Positions 24,594 through 36,756 of a DNA stretch of 64,000 nt are shown here, one piece after another (positions within the stretch are counted from its first letter, which is position 1; every line of letters starts with the position of its first letter). A program made the position numbers and the translations under genes. The stretch is from Takakia lepidozioides (taxonomy: Eukaryota; Plantae; Bryophyta). The DNA is taken from the NCBI GenBank assembly GCA_030704615.1, contig CM060731.1, positions 1,054,001-1,118,000 of the forward strand. Reading direction: 5' to 3'. The notes below the pieces were generated by a model. That model was not told the origin of the DNA and made no database searches. It was given only the letters and a program-made list of their open reading frames with translations.

Positions 24594-25888
24594 GACACAT
24601 TTTTTTAAATGAATTAATAAATATTAATAATTGGCCACGTCTGTCTTACACCGTGGCTGTCATGTCATTACAAATGGTAGAAGTAAATCGTAAAAGTCAA
24701 ATGTAAAAAAATTTACATTGTAAACGTCCGGATTCGACGTGACGTGATGTGACGTGACGGCCGATGTGTCAGCGCCACATCACGTCAAGAATGATAACTA
24801 GGCTATACAATTCAGCTACAGGAACAACAATAGCATCAAACACCTAGCAGTAAATAGGATTTGTTACATTGCTTGTGACAGCTCCAATCAGTTAGTTGGT
24901 GGTTAGTCAGTTGGAGATTATTTAGTTGGTGATCAGTTTACGAGTGCTTTACAGTAAATCGTCAGAAGCACCACAGCCCGTCACAGATGAAAAAACGTCA
25001 TTTTCTCCATCAACGTACTCGCCACCGAGCCACTCTCCATAAACATACGAGCAGCATACTTACTCCCCAACTGGATACTTTCAGCATCTTACTCCAGGGT
25101 CAGTTATTTGGACATTATGTTTTGAAGAGCATACGAGTAATTCGTGATCTTCGCGATTCACTGAAAGTCTGCAAGACCACCAATTCTTCGAGAAGTACAG
25201 CTGAACTTCGGTCGCACAAGACATTGTTGGTTGGCGTAATATTGGAGGATATTTTTTGTGAGGTCATCACCATATCAACGATTCTCGAGACAACATTTCA
25301 ATGACTTCTTTCATCTTCTGCTGACGAAAACCTTCATAACAACGGAAGAATACAAATTTGAAAATGGTCCCTCCAACCTTGTCAAAATATCGTGATTTTG
25401 GGAAATGACTTTCCTCAAACTATTTTCATCATAAGTACGTCGGCCGACATCGTCTTGTGCTATCGGAGTTCAGCCCTCCTTCTAGAAGTTAATACTCTCA
25501 TTGACATGGTTTACGTTACTTGTATTGGTCTATGCCGCATGAGGCGAGACTTACTCAAATTGACATGGTTCTGAAATAAAACCTAGTTGTCTATCATCAA
25601 TGTCTCCCCATTGTCTTTCATTTCATTTCATGGTATTATGTCATTGTGCCATGTTTTGCTCACATATTTGATTGATTTGTCTTGTACGTTACATAGTAAC
25701 GGCCTTCGTAAGCTCAGTCGCGGTTACGAATATGACTGGCGCTCCAATCATCCATCAGGCCGCGGATCATGAAGCGAGTTATCTCCCGACACCCATTTTT
25801 TTAATTTATTTTTTAATGTAATGGAAACACTTGGGAGCGACAGCTCGCAAATCAGGCCCCCTTAATAGTATAACCTCTTTCACAGTAA

Positions 25889-26013
25889 CCCCGCCATGTG
25901 GCGTTGGAATGGGACACCACCCAGGAACATACCACATTCGTCAGTAGCAAGATTTGACCCCATAATCATCTGGGTGGCACTCAGTGCACTTCACCAACTG
26001 AGCTACTGACTGT
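25889..26013 (-). mobile_element. tRNA-derived SINE-like sequence
   Basis: Minus strand has an A box (TAGCTCAGTTGG) and a B-box-like GGTCAAATC at tRNA-like spacing, enclosed by a 9-bp stem GTCAGTAGC/GCTACTGAC. Anticodon arm is not canonical. Non-tRNA body follows. Confidence 0.55.
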
Positions 26014-26334
26014 TAGTATATCATTCAACTCTTATTCAACGTCGAGTTTACAGTGAAACTTGCTTTATGAGCCAAATAGAAACTGTTTTTTCTCTTGAAG
26101 TTTATACATAATGTTTCTTTATTGTCATATTATATATTAATAGACAAATAATTATTTATATCTTTATATTTATATTAAAAATGATCCATTTAAATTCATT
26201 TAAATGATTGAAAAAATACATATTTAGATATTTCTCCTTATTTCTGGACCAAACTTTAATCCAGATTTACTTAAAATTGTGTTGCTTGCAAATGAAGGGA
26301 GAGACCCCTACATCTAAGGTCCTCTCTGCCCTTC

Positions 26335-27375
26335 CCTAGGCTTCACCTGAGCCCCTTTGTTGCCTTGAACACGTTGAGGTAGTGGCTGGCTAGGAGCACC
26401 ACTACCCCATGATGCCTCCTTCGCAAATCCCACTATAACCACTCGTTCTTCCACCATGTTGAGTTCTATTCACTCTGCCAGCAAAAACGCATTTGCTAAG
26501 GTGGGTTGGGCCGCTTGTAGGAGAGTTGCATCCCGCATCCTTCTCCTCAGCTCCTTGTCCAATATCCCGTACCAGAACTGGACTGCCTGAGCCTCTGTAA
26601 CCCCTTGGGTTACATTTATCAAGCGCCTCATGCGAGTGAAAGCCTCCTTCAAGCTCTTAGTAGGCTTCCTCTAGAACTCTTGTAAGCTCCTCAACTTCTC
26701 TGTCCTTACCCCTTGGTAGTTCATTCTCAACTCTTCGAAGAACTCCACAACAGGGTTGAAGGCAGGCACCGCCACTGGTGCTGGTGCAGCAGTAGCTTGG
26801 GTGGACGTCATAGTTGTTGTACCACTAGTCCCACTACTGCTCGTGGAAGCTGCTGTTGTAGCTGTTGCTACTGGTGCAGCTGCCGGTGTGGCTGCTGCCC
26901 TTGTGCCTCTAGTGATAGAGACATAGTTGGGTGACCAGTACATCCTCCACTCCTCGATCTTAACATCGTGCCCCCGCCTAAACTCATGGTAATCATCCAT
27001 GGGCGACCCCTCAAGGTGCTGAAATAGCCCCTTCCATGCCATAAAAGGCGTAAACAGTTGTGGATTGCGCATTTGCTGCAAGTCACACCAACTATCAAAC
27101 TCTTGAATGAAATCATCCAACTCAATGGTGCCCACCGCCCCAGAGTATCTTCGTGGCCCCTTGGTGGCTCCATACATCTCCTCCATTGTGTCCCACAACA
27201 ATGGCAAGGAAACAACTTGCACCGCCGGTGTGAATTCTCCTGATTCACAATCCGAATCAGAACCTTCCGTAGAAAATACAGGAGAGGAAGGTGGCCTAAA
27301 CCGCGCACCTCGTCTCGTATACCCACTAGTATCGCTAGTGCTCGTACCGGCACTTTCCCCAGCAACTAGTGACAC
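26335..27375 (-). pseudogene. retrotransposon Gag-like capsid ORF with in-frame stops
   Basis: PRRYSGAVGTIELDDFIQEFDSWCD...LFQHLEG...FFEELRMNYQG...ESLKEAFTRMRRL-like...QFWYGILDKELRRRM, typical Gypsy Gag spacing. Confidence 0.65.
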
Positions 27376-29559
27376 CTCCGTGTTGACAAACTGACACTCA
27401 ACCGGTCATGAACCTATCTCTAACCCCCTCTCCACAAGGTAACCGGGTAGAGAACCTGATGCGGCTTATGGTTTGGAATACTAGGTTCTTAACATAGCCT
27501 GCACCTGCACCTGCATCCACCGTAGGCATTCCTATGGTTGGCTGGTCATCACCTCCAACCTCACCACCGGAGAAACAAAGATGGTCTGACTGGTCATCAA
27601 CCCAGCCTCACCATCAACATCATGCTCTAGGGTTGGATCGGCGATCAAGCCCGAATCAACCACCTATAAAATCAAACGCCCACACAAAACTAGCATGACG
27701 CACAATCAAGCATGCAGGTGTGGAGGGGATCCAAACACAAGAATGAAAACAACAACTCCCCCACACCAAAAATAACTCCACAGTGTCGCTCCTGCAAGGA
27801 CACCCCAGCCCAAACCCGGACTGGCTCTTGCCTCCACCTACGGAAAGGTCTCGGCCTACAGAGAAGGTGAAAAACTACGAGGAAGAGAAGCTAAAGCAAT
27901 GCTCAACCCCAGCACGCTCTCATCCCAACACCCTTTGTTTTCCTCTCTTCTCTCACTTGCATGACCATGAGAGCATCCTGTAGACACTCCTCAAACCGCC
28001 CTCCACGAGCTCATGAAACTTGGCCTCCAAGGCCCCATGCAAGCCTCCACACGCCAGTGCCTCCTTATGTCCACCATCCATTCAATGGAACCACATCAGG
28101 AAACCACGCCATTCACTAAAGGTTAAAAAATGGAGCAAATAGAGGTACATATAGGCCCCAACAACATTCTGTCCAAAGGAATTACCTGCAGGCTAGTCTC
28201 CCCCATAGTTAAGAATTGGGCTGAAAACCCGAAAAGATTACCTGCAGGGAAGTAATCCCCTTTGTTAAAATGCAACAGGGAGGCAATTCCGACTTTTCTG
28301 CTGGATCAGCTAGCTCAAAACCGTTGTTCTTCAGAGCCCAGCCTCCCCATCTAGGTCCCACGAAACGAGTGATTTTTTTTTTTTTTTTTTTCCACTCTGC
28401 CTGTTCGCGGCCTTCCATGACTCTAACCGCCACGACTCCTCACGGCCCGCCCTAGGCGCTCGTTGGCCACGGGCTGCCCTGTGATACCCCGTGGTACCAC
28501 GCCCACGAGCCTTCACGGCCCGCCATCCCCACGATCTGGTCACCGTGCCAACCCGTGGTGTCCGCACCACGGCTTTCCACGGTCACGGTCAACAGTTCCC
28601 TGCGTTCCCAGGAATTCCACATGAGTTCCCATACGTTCCCGATCGCTCCCAGGATGTTCCCACGCATTCCTGAGCTCTCCCCGAGCTGGGGTTTGCTCCT
28701 GCACCTGCTATCGCTGAGCTATGGCTTCTGCGGAGTCATCAGCCCCGTCGCCCTGCACTCCTGAGCTCTCACGGCCCACTAGAGGCGCCCCCAACTCAAC
28801 AAGCAAGCTATATGCTGCCCAACAAGCTCCATTTCTTCATGAAGCTCACAAAAAACAAATCTGAAAATACACACCTTTACAAACTTGGTGCACATGCACT
28901 TCTCATGCATATCCCCTGGCTCTAGGACGCCTCACTGCTGCCCTTCTAGCCCCCGCTCTTGCCACTCCAAGAGCCCTCACCGTGCTAGAGTTTCAGATTG
29001 AATTTTCCAACTCAAGCACATGCTTCATAAGTGCACTGATTTGCACACAAGAAGGACCAGCCCCCTCTCTTCACTCATACCTCTTCATGAGCTTGGAGCT
29101 GAAGCTCCCAACAGGCTGCGATGCATCCCCTCGCAGCTCCACTATTCGGCTGCTCCTCATCTACCCACAACAACTGATTTCAGGCAGAAATACCTGGAGC
29201 TGATCATATCATCTCCAACCTGCAACACGCTAGTTTCCCATGCGTAGCCCACATTCTTGCAGCTCGTTAACTCGGCCTGCAACTGAAGAAGACGACCACC
29301 AGTTCGCCCACTCGTGGTGAGCATCTCCTCCGCTTCACACTAGAAGCCCAAACTTGGTTGCCATAGCATTGAGCTATGCAACACTGACCACCTCTCTATC
29401 CATTGCAAACCTGCAACCTGTTCGCCTTCGCACTCTATCCGCTTTGGATAGGCTCATGCACGGATCCCTGCACTCTAGGCTGAACCGCTTCTCATGATTT
29501 GAAAACACATCACAGCCGCAACACACCATAGTCGGCTTACTAAAACTGCCATAGCCTCA

Positions 29560-29775
29560 CATTGCAAACTATATGTACACTACCAAAATATACCCTTCCC
29601 CTTCCTCGGGCTAGACGAGCCATACACTTACTTAGGAATCCAATTAGTACCCTTCCTCTTCCTCGGGCTAGACGAGCCATACACTTACTTAGGAATCCAA
29701 TTAGTACCCTTCCTCTTCCTCGGGCTAGACGAGCCATACACTTACTTAGGAATCCAATTAGTACCCTCACTCACT
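29560..29775 (+). repeat. LINE reverse-transcriptase fragment with a 57-bp triplication
   Basis: Unit tacccttcctcttcctcgggctagacgagccatacacttacttaggaatccaattag x3. One frame reads PFLFLGLDEPYTYLGIQLV (non-LTR RT YxYLG motif). Confidence 0.7.
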
Positions 29776-30254
29776 TGACACATCCAAAAAGAGTCTACAT
29801 TCCACAAAAAGTGGATGCCCAAGGGGGTGGTCGAGTAGCATTCTCTTGCTGCATTTGTGCAGGGAGTAGGATTCTTGCTGCATTTTGCTGATCATCTTGT
29901 TGAAATTGAATTTTGTTTCATTGCATCTGTCGCAGGCTCTAGCTTTGAAGCTTGCTGGCCTCATTGGTGTACCAGGTGAGTATTGTTTAAAGATGTGCTA
30001 CCTCTTCTTCTGACTCATGTGTATAGTGTTGATGCATCAAGGGACAACGGGGGGGGACACTCTGTAGATCTCAACACTCTTTATACTCTGCTAGAACTTA
30101 GGCATCCAAATGGAGGCTGCGTTGCACAACGCTCTCACCGAGGCGTCTCACGAGCGCAGTCCCAAGAGGCATGGCTGATTCCCTTTGCAAATGAATCAGG
30201 TATCACCTTTGAGCACATGTTATTCTGGATGGTAAACTTGTTTATATTGTAAGG

Positions 30255-30800
30255 CCAATGACATCACCAATGTCCTAGAAGTACCTATCCGTGAAGATGT
30301 TTCAGCTTTGCTTGCATTGTTTCACTCTTTACATTTTGCCTGTCACTTTGGGGTACGCAAGACTATTGCTCGATTGCGCGAAATGTATCATTAGGTTGGT
30401 CTGAATAACGATGTCGCTCAATTTATCGAACTTACTATTTGTCAAGTTAATCGTGCTTTGCGCCGGGAAGCCAGCTCTCAAAATCCTTCAACCCATCCCT
30501 GCCTCTCAGCCCTTTGCTTGAGTTTGAACGGATATCTTGGGGCCTCTGACACTAGCAGCTTAGGACATTGTTACATTGTCGTAGCGACTGACTACCTGTC
30601 CAAGTGGGTCGAGCTCCGTCCTTTGGCTAGCAAAGACAGTGATTCGGTAGTGGAATTCTTTACGAGGACATCATCATGCGCCATGGCTGCCCCCGTGAGA
30701 TCCTCATTGACAATGGTACTGAATTCTGCAGTGCTTTGATGGGTATTCTATGCATGCACATGGATATAAGCACTTAGTTACTTCACCCTATCTCACTCTC
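30255..30800 (+). pseudogene. Ty3/Gypsy integrase fragment
   Basis: FHSLHFACHFGVRKT...CQ...DILGPL...YIVVATDYLSKWVE...DIIMRHGCPREILIDNGTEF, frameshifted. Confidence 0.85.
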
Positions 30801-30889
30801 AATGAAGTACAAATAATGTGTACTCTTACTCTCACTCCTGGGATGAACCATCATGGTATTCACAAGATTTTGTTAAGATCACTCCATCC

Positions 30890-31770
30890 TATAGTGACCT
30901 CGTCTCCTTAAGCCTTCTTGACGGTTTTTATCTCAAAACACAAAATGACATTCCAACATACCTTAACAGTCATGTACACATTAATAGCCTATGCAATTCA
31001 GACCACTACCCCGTTTCAGTCAACTTCCCACCATCCCTCATCCCCTTCAGACCCATCCCACCCATACATGTCCCACCACCGCAATCTAGAATTTTATCCC
31101 CACTCCCCCAAAATAACATAGCCACCTTTCTAAAACACTTCCAACCAAGATCCTCATACCACACGATAAAACTAGCCGACATACTCTCCGAAGCAAACCT
31201 TGCGCAATCCCCTGAAGAAGCTTGGGCCGAATCTGAGTTCATACTCACCACCTCTATGCAAGAAATGACCAAAATTGTCATTGCCACCTGCTCTGCCCCT
31301 CCTGAAATTCCACAAACTACACGTTCAAAACAAAATGGTGGTTATCTTACACGTACTTAGAAACGCACATGGACATCACATCTTAACACATACCATACGA
31401 TAAGACGAGCCCTCACCATTATCCCTACCACTACCCCCATACACCCCGGGAATAATTGGGCAACAGACCCTCGTATCACCTGCCTAAATACCCTAACAAC
31501 ATGTCAAGCACTTATGCCCCCACCTGTCAATCCCCAAGATATTCCTAACTAGATAGCTGCTCTCTCCAAAGTTGGCAGAGATGCAAAAAAAACCGCTTAC
31601 AGTATTACCAAACAAAAAGTCGCCGCCAATCACAAAAAATTTGTCTCCTCTTTCAACCAACTGTTACGCGACCACCCCAAAAAAGCTCACAAAGCCATCT
31701 TCAACCCCGCCCTCAACCCACCTATCGACTGTTTCAAACACCGGCATGGCCACCTGCTTACCAATTACTA
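30890..31770 (+). mobile_element. LINE fragment (APE endonuclease C-terminus and linker)
   Basis: SLLDGFYL...NSDHYPV endonuclease end. Homologous in inverted orientation to 34450-35295. Confidence 0.75.
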
Positions 31771-34349
31771 AAGCAGAAGGCTGGTCCTCTACTGTGAGTG
31801 CTCCTTCATCCAGCAGATCTTCGAGTTTGTTGGGTGTCGCAGCCACCTGTGGTACAGATCATGAATGCTAGAACGTGAGCCTAAGAAATCGTGAGCAGAA
31901 AAAAAGTGCTCACGCTCATGAGGGTTTAATCAGAGCTGGGGGCCTATAACCGCGGATCGAAGTTATATATAGCATCTAAAACCACGGCCATGACATGGAA
32001 ACGAGTAGGGTGTAGGAACAAATTGTCCTTGTTTCCCGCTTTATATTTTGTATGTTTTTTAAAAAACAATTGTCACTAATATGATAAACAATTCTGAAAG
32101 TCAATGATACTGTCAAACAAAACACCATAGAAATATAAAAACAATTTTATGCTGTTCGTCGCTTTATATTTTGGATCAAATATCCATTATTTGTCAGTCG
32201 TATAATTTTGTTATTTTGGAGGTGAATAAAATTGTCAAAATGATAATTAAGGATAAATTAAATTAATGAAATTAAAAAAAAAACACACACACAACCCCCA
32301 TGAAAATCTAGAAATAGATTTTCGAGGTTTCCCGCTTTTTATTTTGGATCATTTTTGCATTATTTTCACTTTGAAAATTTTTGTACATTAAAAGTGAATG
32401 ACATTGCTCAATCTCACATAAATTTTGTTGCTTTCTCAATCAGTGACACTGTCAAATCAAACACCATGGCAATGCACACCTAATTTGAAAACAAATTTTG
32501 AAATATTCATTTGTATTTTTACATATCTAATGACTAAGACATTCGATTTGAAGCACAGGTTAGCACATGTTAGCAAAACAGAACTTTATAAGGTAGAGTC
32601 ATCCAAGAAAACATGAGTGGTGACCGAGGACATTGTCAATTTTGGTTGTCTCTATGTTCAGACAGGTCCTTTTAGTAGGGGCGGAGCTCCGCCCTCCGCC
32701 CTCCTACCGTTTTCACCGCTAAACTTAGTATCCATGATCTTTTTCCTAGGGTTCCGTTATATGTTTAACTATTCTAGATTCTTTCTTATCAATTTATGTC
32801 GGCCCGGCTATTTCTACCCAGACTACCGCTCCAACGCACGGGGGGGTCACTATATGTATTTTTTTCATATCACGTGCGTACAAAGGTATATTTATACTAG
32901 GCTATATTTTTAAAAATTTGCATTTTTTTCCACCCTATCTTTAGGTAATATTGTAAAACCCTTGTTTTCTAACACCCTATTTTTCTTATAATTTTAATTA
33001 ATTAGACCCTATTTTAAATTGTCTTTTTAAATAATTGCAAAATTTTAAAGCATGTACGCAATCAAGTACATTCTATATATCATAAGTCAAATGCCACACC
33101 GAAGAAAAAGTTTAATTTTCATTAGCCACGAACTCATTCAAAACCGCATCATCACTTAGATCTAAAGAGTACAAGTTTTGAGATGGTTCAAATGCCATAG
33201 TCACTGTTGATATTATTTGAATTTCAGGTGACCTCTACCTGATTTCATCTCGATGGATTAGAGCTGGATGAAATATGATAAACTTCACAAAGATGGATAC
33301 ATTATACTATAGATAAAATCCTTTAATACATTAATTTTTTTAAGTAAAACTCTGGATTTTTTGTGATATTTAAAAAAAAAAAAAAAAAAAACTGGGTGAA
33401 AGGATATTGCCTTACCATATTTTCTAAGTAAAACTTTTCTAAAATTTATCCCAAAAAAATAAATTGCACCCTATATTTGTTCTCACGTGGTGTTGAAAAT
33501 ACCGGGAGTGACCCCCCCAAGCTCCAACGTCACTAGCCTCCGCCACCATAGCTCGGCTCCTCAGCTCTTTGTTACGACGACAATCCGCTACGCAAGTGAA
33601 AGATCTACCATCCCCCCCTCTCTGTATCAGGAAAGGATTTACACTGCGAATGGCATGCTTATGTCTACGCACCACCCTCATCGACCTACTCAGACCGATA
33701 GCGTTATTACGAACGAGACCTAGATGTTCTCGGGGCGCTCATATTTCCAGCATCCCACGAGGATCTGCGAACACAACGGAGGAAATGTTGATAACAACCT
33801 CACTATCGTGCATTCATCACGTCCCTGTTGCGAGTTATGGGAGCATCTTGAACAACATTCTGGAGCATTTCGTATTATGCACCATAGTCACATGCCCACA
33901 CACAACACGCCAGTCCTTCTGTTTAGCTACAGCAACCTTGAAAGTGTGGAAGTTTCTTTTCAGCGTGATCTCCACAAGCCCCAATGGCCCCGTACCACCC
34001 CCAACACTGCCCCCATCTGGAGACGAGCAGTCGGCACACCCATGGTGCAACTTACTTTTATGTGTGCGGTACACTCCCAGAGTTTTGGAAAATGGTGTCC
34101 CCAACATCGTGCTCATGACAACGCCTAGTAGAGCTTGGAGACTCAGCTGGCACCTCTAGTACCTGTGCGGCTTCCGACTGACGAGTAGGGCGTCGGATGC
34201 CATAATCGCAAGGAGCGAATGTTGGGAGACTCAACTCATCTGGCCCACGCATTAGATCCCAACTGGATCCATGCTCAGGCGCCGATGTACCATACCAGCA
34301 GCCTGCCATCGCGATATATCGTATGCTTAGCTTTACATATGCAGTTGGT

Positions 34350-35697
34350 ATCATGTAGGTGGGGGTGTAAGCAGCTTTGGACTGTAGGTGTGTGGGTTGA
34401 GGATGCTTGGTTTCATATTTCTAGGTTAATGTCTGCTGGGTTGATTATCAGGTGGCCAAGCCGATGTTTGAGATAGTCAAGGGTGGGTTTAGGGAGGGGT
34501 TAAAAATGGCCTTGTGGGCTTTTTTGGGGTGATCATGTAGCAGTTGGTTAAAGGAGGTTACAATTTTTTTATGATTATCGGTAGCTTTTTGTTTGGTGAT
34601 GTGATAAGCGGCTTTCTTGGCGTCCCTCCCAACTTTGAATAGGGCAGTTATCTAGTTAGGGACGTCGAGAGGATTGTCAGGTGGGGGCATGAGGGCTTGG
34701 CATGGTGTTATATTATTCAAGCAGGTAATGCAGGGGTCAGCTCTCCTGTTGTTGCATGGGTGTATTGTAACAGAGTTAGGGATAATGGTGAGGGCCCGTC
34801 TGACCGTGGGGTATGTGTTGAGATGTGAAGTCCATGCTCGTTTCTATGTGCGGGTGAGGTATCGGCCGTTTTGTTTTGAGCGTTCTGTTTGCGGGATTCC
34901 AGGGGAGGCGGAGCAGGTGGCGATGACACTTTTGGACATTTCTTGCATTATTGTTGTAAGGGTGTCTACGGCTTCGTTCCAAGTTTTGTTTGGGAATTGC
35001 ATTATGTTTGTGTTAGATAGGGTGTCTGCTAGGTTTAGTATGAGGTGTACAGATGTTGGATGGAAATATTTTTGAAAGGCGGATATGTTTCGTTGGGGAA
35101 GTGGGGATAGAATTCTAGCTTGTTGCGGTGGTGCATGTATGGTTGGTATAGGTCTAAAGGGGATGAGGGATGAGGGAAAGGTTACGGAGACAGGGTAGTG
35201 GTCTGAGTTACATAAACTGTTGATGTGTACATGACTGTTAAGATAAGTTGGGATCTCATTTTATGTTTCTAGGTAAAAACCGTCTAGAAGGCTGAGGGGG
35301 GAATAGTTGAGTCCACCTTGCCTAGAGTAATGGTGGTCGGCGGGTATGTAGCGGAGGTGGTGTGTTCTAGTAAATTTTGCCCATTTGTGGTCCAGCGAGG
35401 ATGGGGATTTGTGTATACCATTATATGTATGTCCTTGGAGAGCAATATCTCTGTTGAAGTCGTCTGCTAAGATGTAGTGCTGGTGGGGGGTTGTGGGTTG
35501 GGTGAGTGTGTTTGAGATGGTGAGTAAGATATCAGGGATTAGAGAAAGATCATCTATGTGTGATGGCATGTATAGGTGTATGAGGATGGTGGGTGGGAGT
35601 GCAAGGAGGTGTAGTTTAATGATCTGGAGGTGTGTTCGGAGGGGGAGGGCCACAGGGATTTCAATCATGGTACTAGGGAGTGATGCGTGCATAGGAT
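34350..35697 (-). mobile_element. LINE fragment (APE endonuclease and linker), cut by the family B LTR
   Basis: HLYMPSH...YILADDFN...SLLDGFYL...NSDHYPV on the minus strand. Confidence 0.8.
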
Positions 35698-36756
35698 TGT
35701 TAGAGGACTGTCTGGGACTTAGACACTTATACGGGATCTGTAGGGTACCCTTAATTTTTGCACAGACTGAGACCAACAGGAGCCTTAGGGGTGACAGCAG
35801 CGCACTGTAGAGGGGGTTTACACAGCCCGTCACAGCCAACACAGCCCGTCACAGTCGTCACAGCCGACACAGCCAACACAGCCCGTCACAGCCGTCACAG
35901 TCGTCACAGCCGACACAGCCAGACACAGTCAGCACAGCTCGTCACAGCCTGACACAGCCATCACAGCCAACACAGCCCGTCACAGCCGACACAGCCACAC
36001 AGCCAGTCACAGCCCGTCACAGCCCGACACAGCCAAACACAGTCGCACAGCCAATCACAGCCCGTCACAGTTTCACACAGCCAGTCACAGCTTGACACAG
36101 CTGTCACGATCATAGGGAACGGAGAGCAGGACAGGGAACGACTGTGGGGAACAACACCTGCAAATGGAACATGTTAGTTCACGGACGACGGTTAGTGAGG
36201 GAAACGGTTAGAGCCACGGGTAGGAAGATAAAGGGAGAAGCAAGGATTGAGTAGGGGGCTTTTTGGGGGATGATTCTTGGAAGCACGTCAGGAGAGAGAG
36301 AGGATCGGGCGGAGAGTAAGAACGGAAGCAAAGATGGAGAGCACGGTGAAGGAGGAGAGATGATTAGTAGATGCTTGTTATATGCAAAACTGTAGTGATA
36401 TTGTAGAGCAGATTAGAGACACAATGGCTTCGGCCTGATACCTGATAAATCATAATCTGATACTTATACGATACAACCACACTGTGTAGAGAGATCTGAG
36501 TGAAGCTGTGGAATGAATGGATGGGTTGATGGAATCCGATAAATTGATGAAGCAAACTGATACTTAATTATCAATGGTAAGGTAGCTAACATGAATGCCA
36601 AAAGGGAAACAAAGAGGAAACACCCCCATGATACACTAGCTGTAGGTCATGACTGATTGTTCTGCGCGGGCTGAGTACTTAGAGATTTCCAACTCTTCTA
36701 TCTTGGAGTTTCCGCCTCGAATAGCGAAGGGATGGGTGAGTAAAAGCCGCGCAACA
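35698..36756 (+). repeat. family B LTR containing a CACAGCC-rich ~10-bp minisatellite (~35818-36108)
   Basis: Homologous to 42262-42944 and 62292-63274. Confidence 0.88.

Larger units (their letters stand above)
9974..24802 (+). mobile_element. hAT-superfamily DNA transposon with both ends intact, interrupted by two LTR retrotransposons
   Basis: 8-bp TSD CTATACAA at 9966-9973 and 24803-24810. Imperfect 11-bp TIRs CCCGGTTATCA / TGATAACTAGG (9/11). Internal BED-finger and DUF659-type transposase remnants and subterminal arrays at both ends. Confidence 0.9.

Noticed and set aside
25940-26013. functional tRNA gene
   Set aside because: Acceptor, anticodon and T arms do not fold canonically; treated as SINE-like.
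27400-29540. LTR, PBS or extra ORF for the Gag at 26335-27375
   Set aside because: No TG...CA pair, PBS or intact frame could be identified; only a decayed coiled-coil-like stretch is visible.
33487-34354. overlapping 80-200 aa ORFs
   Set aside because: No recognisable motif or consistent frame; the origin could not be assigned.
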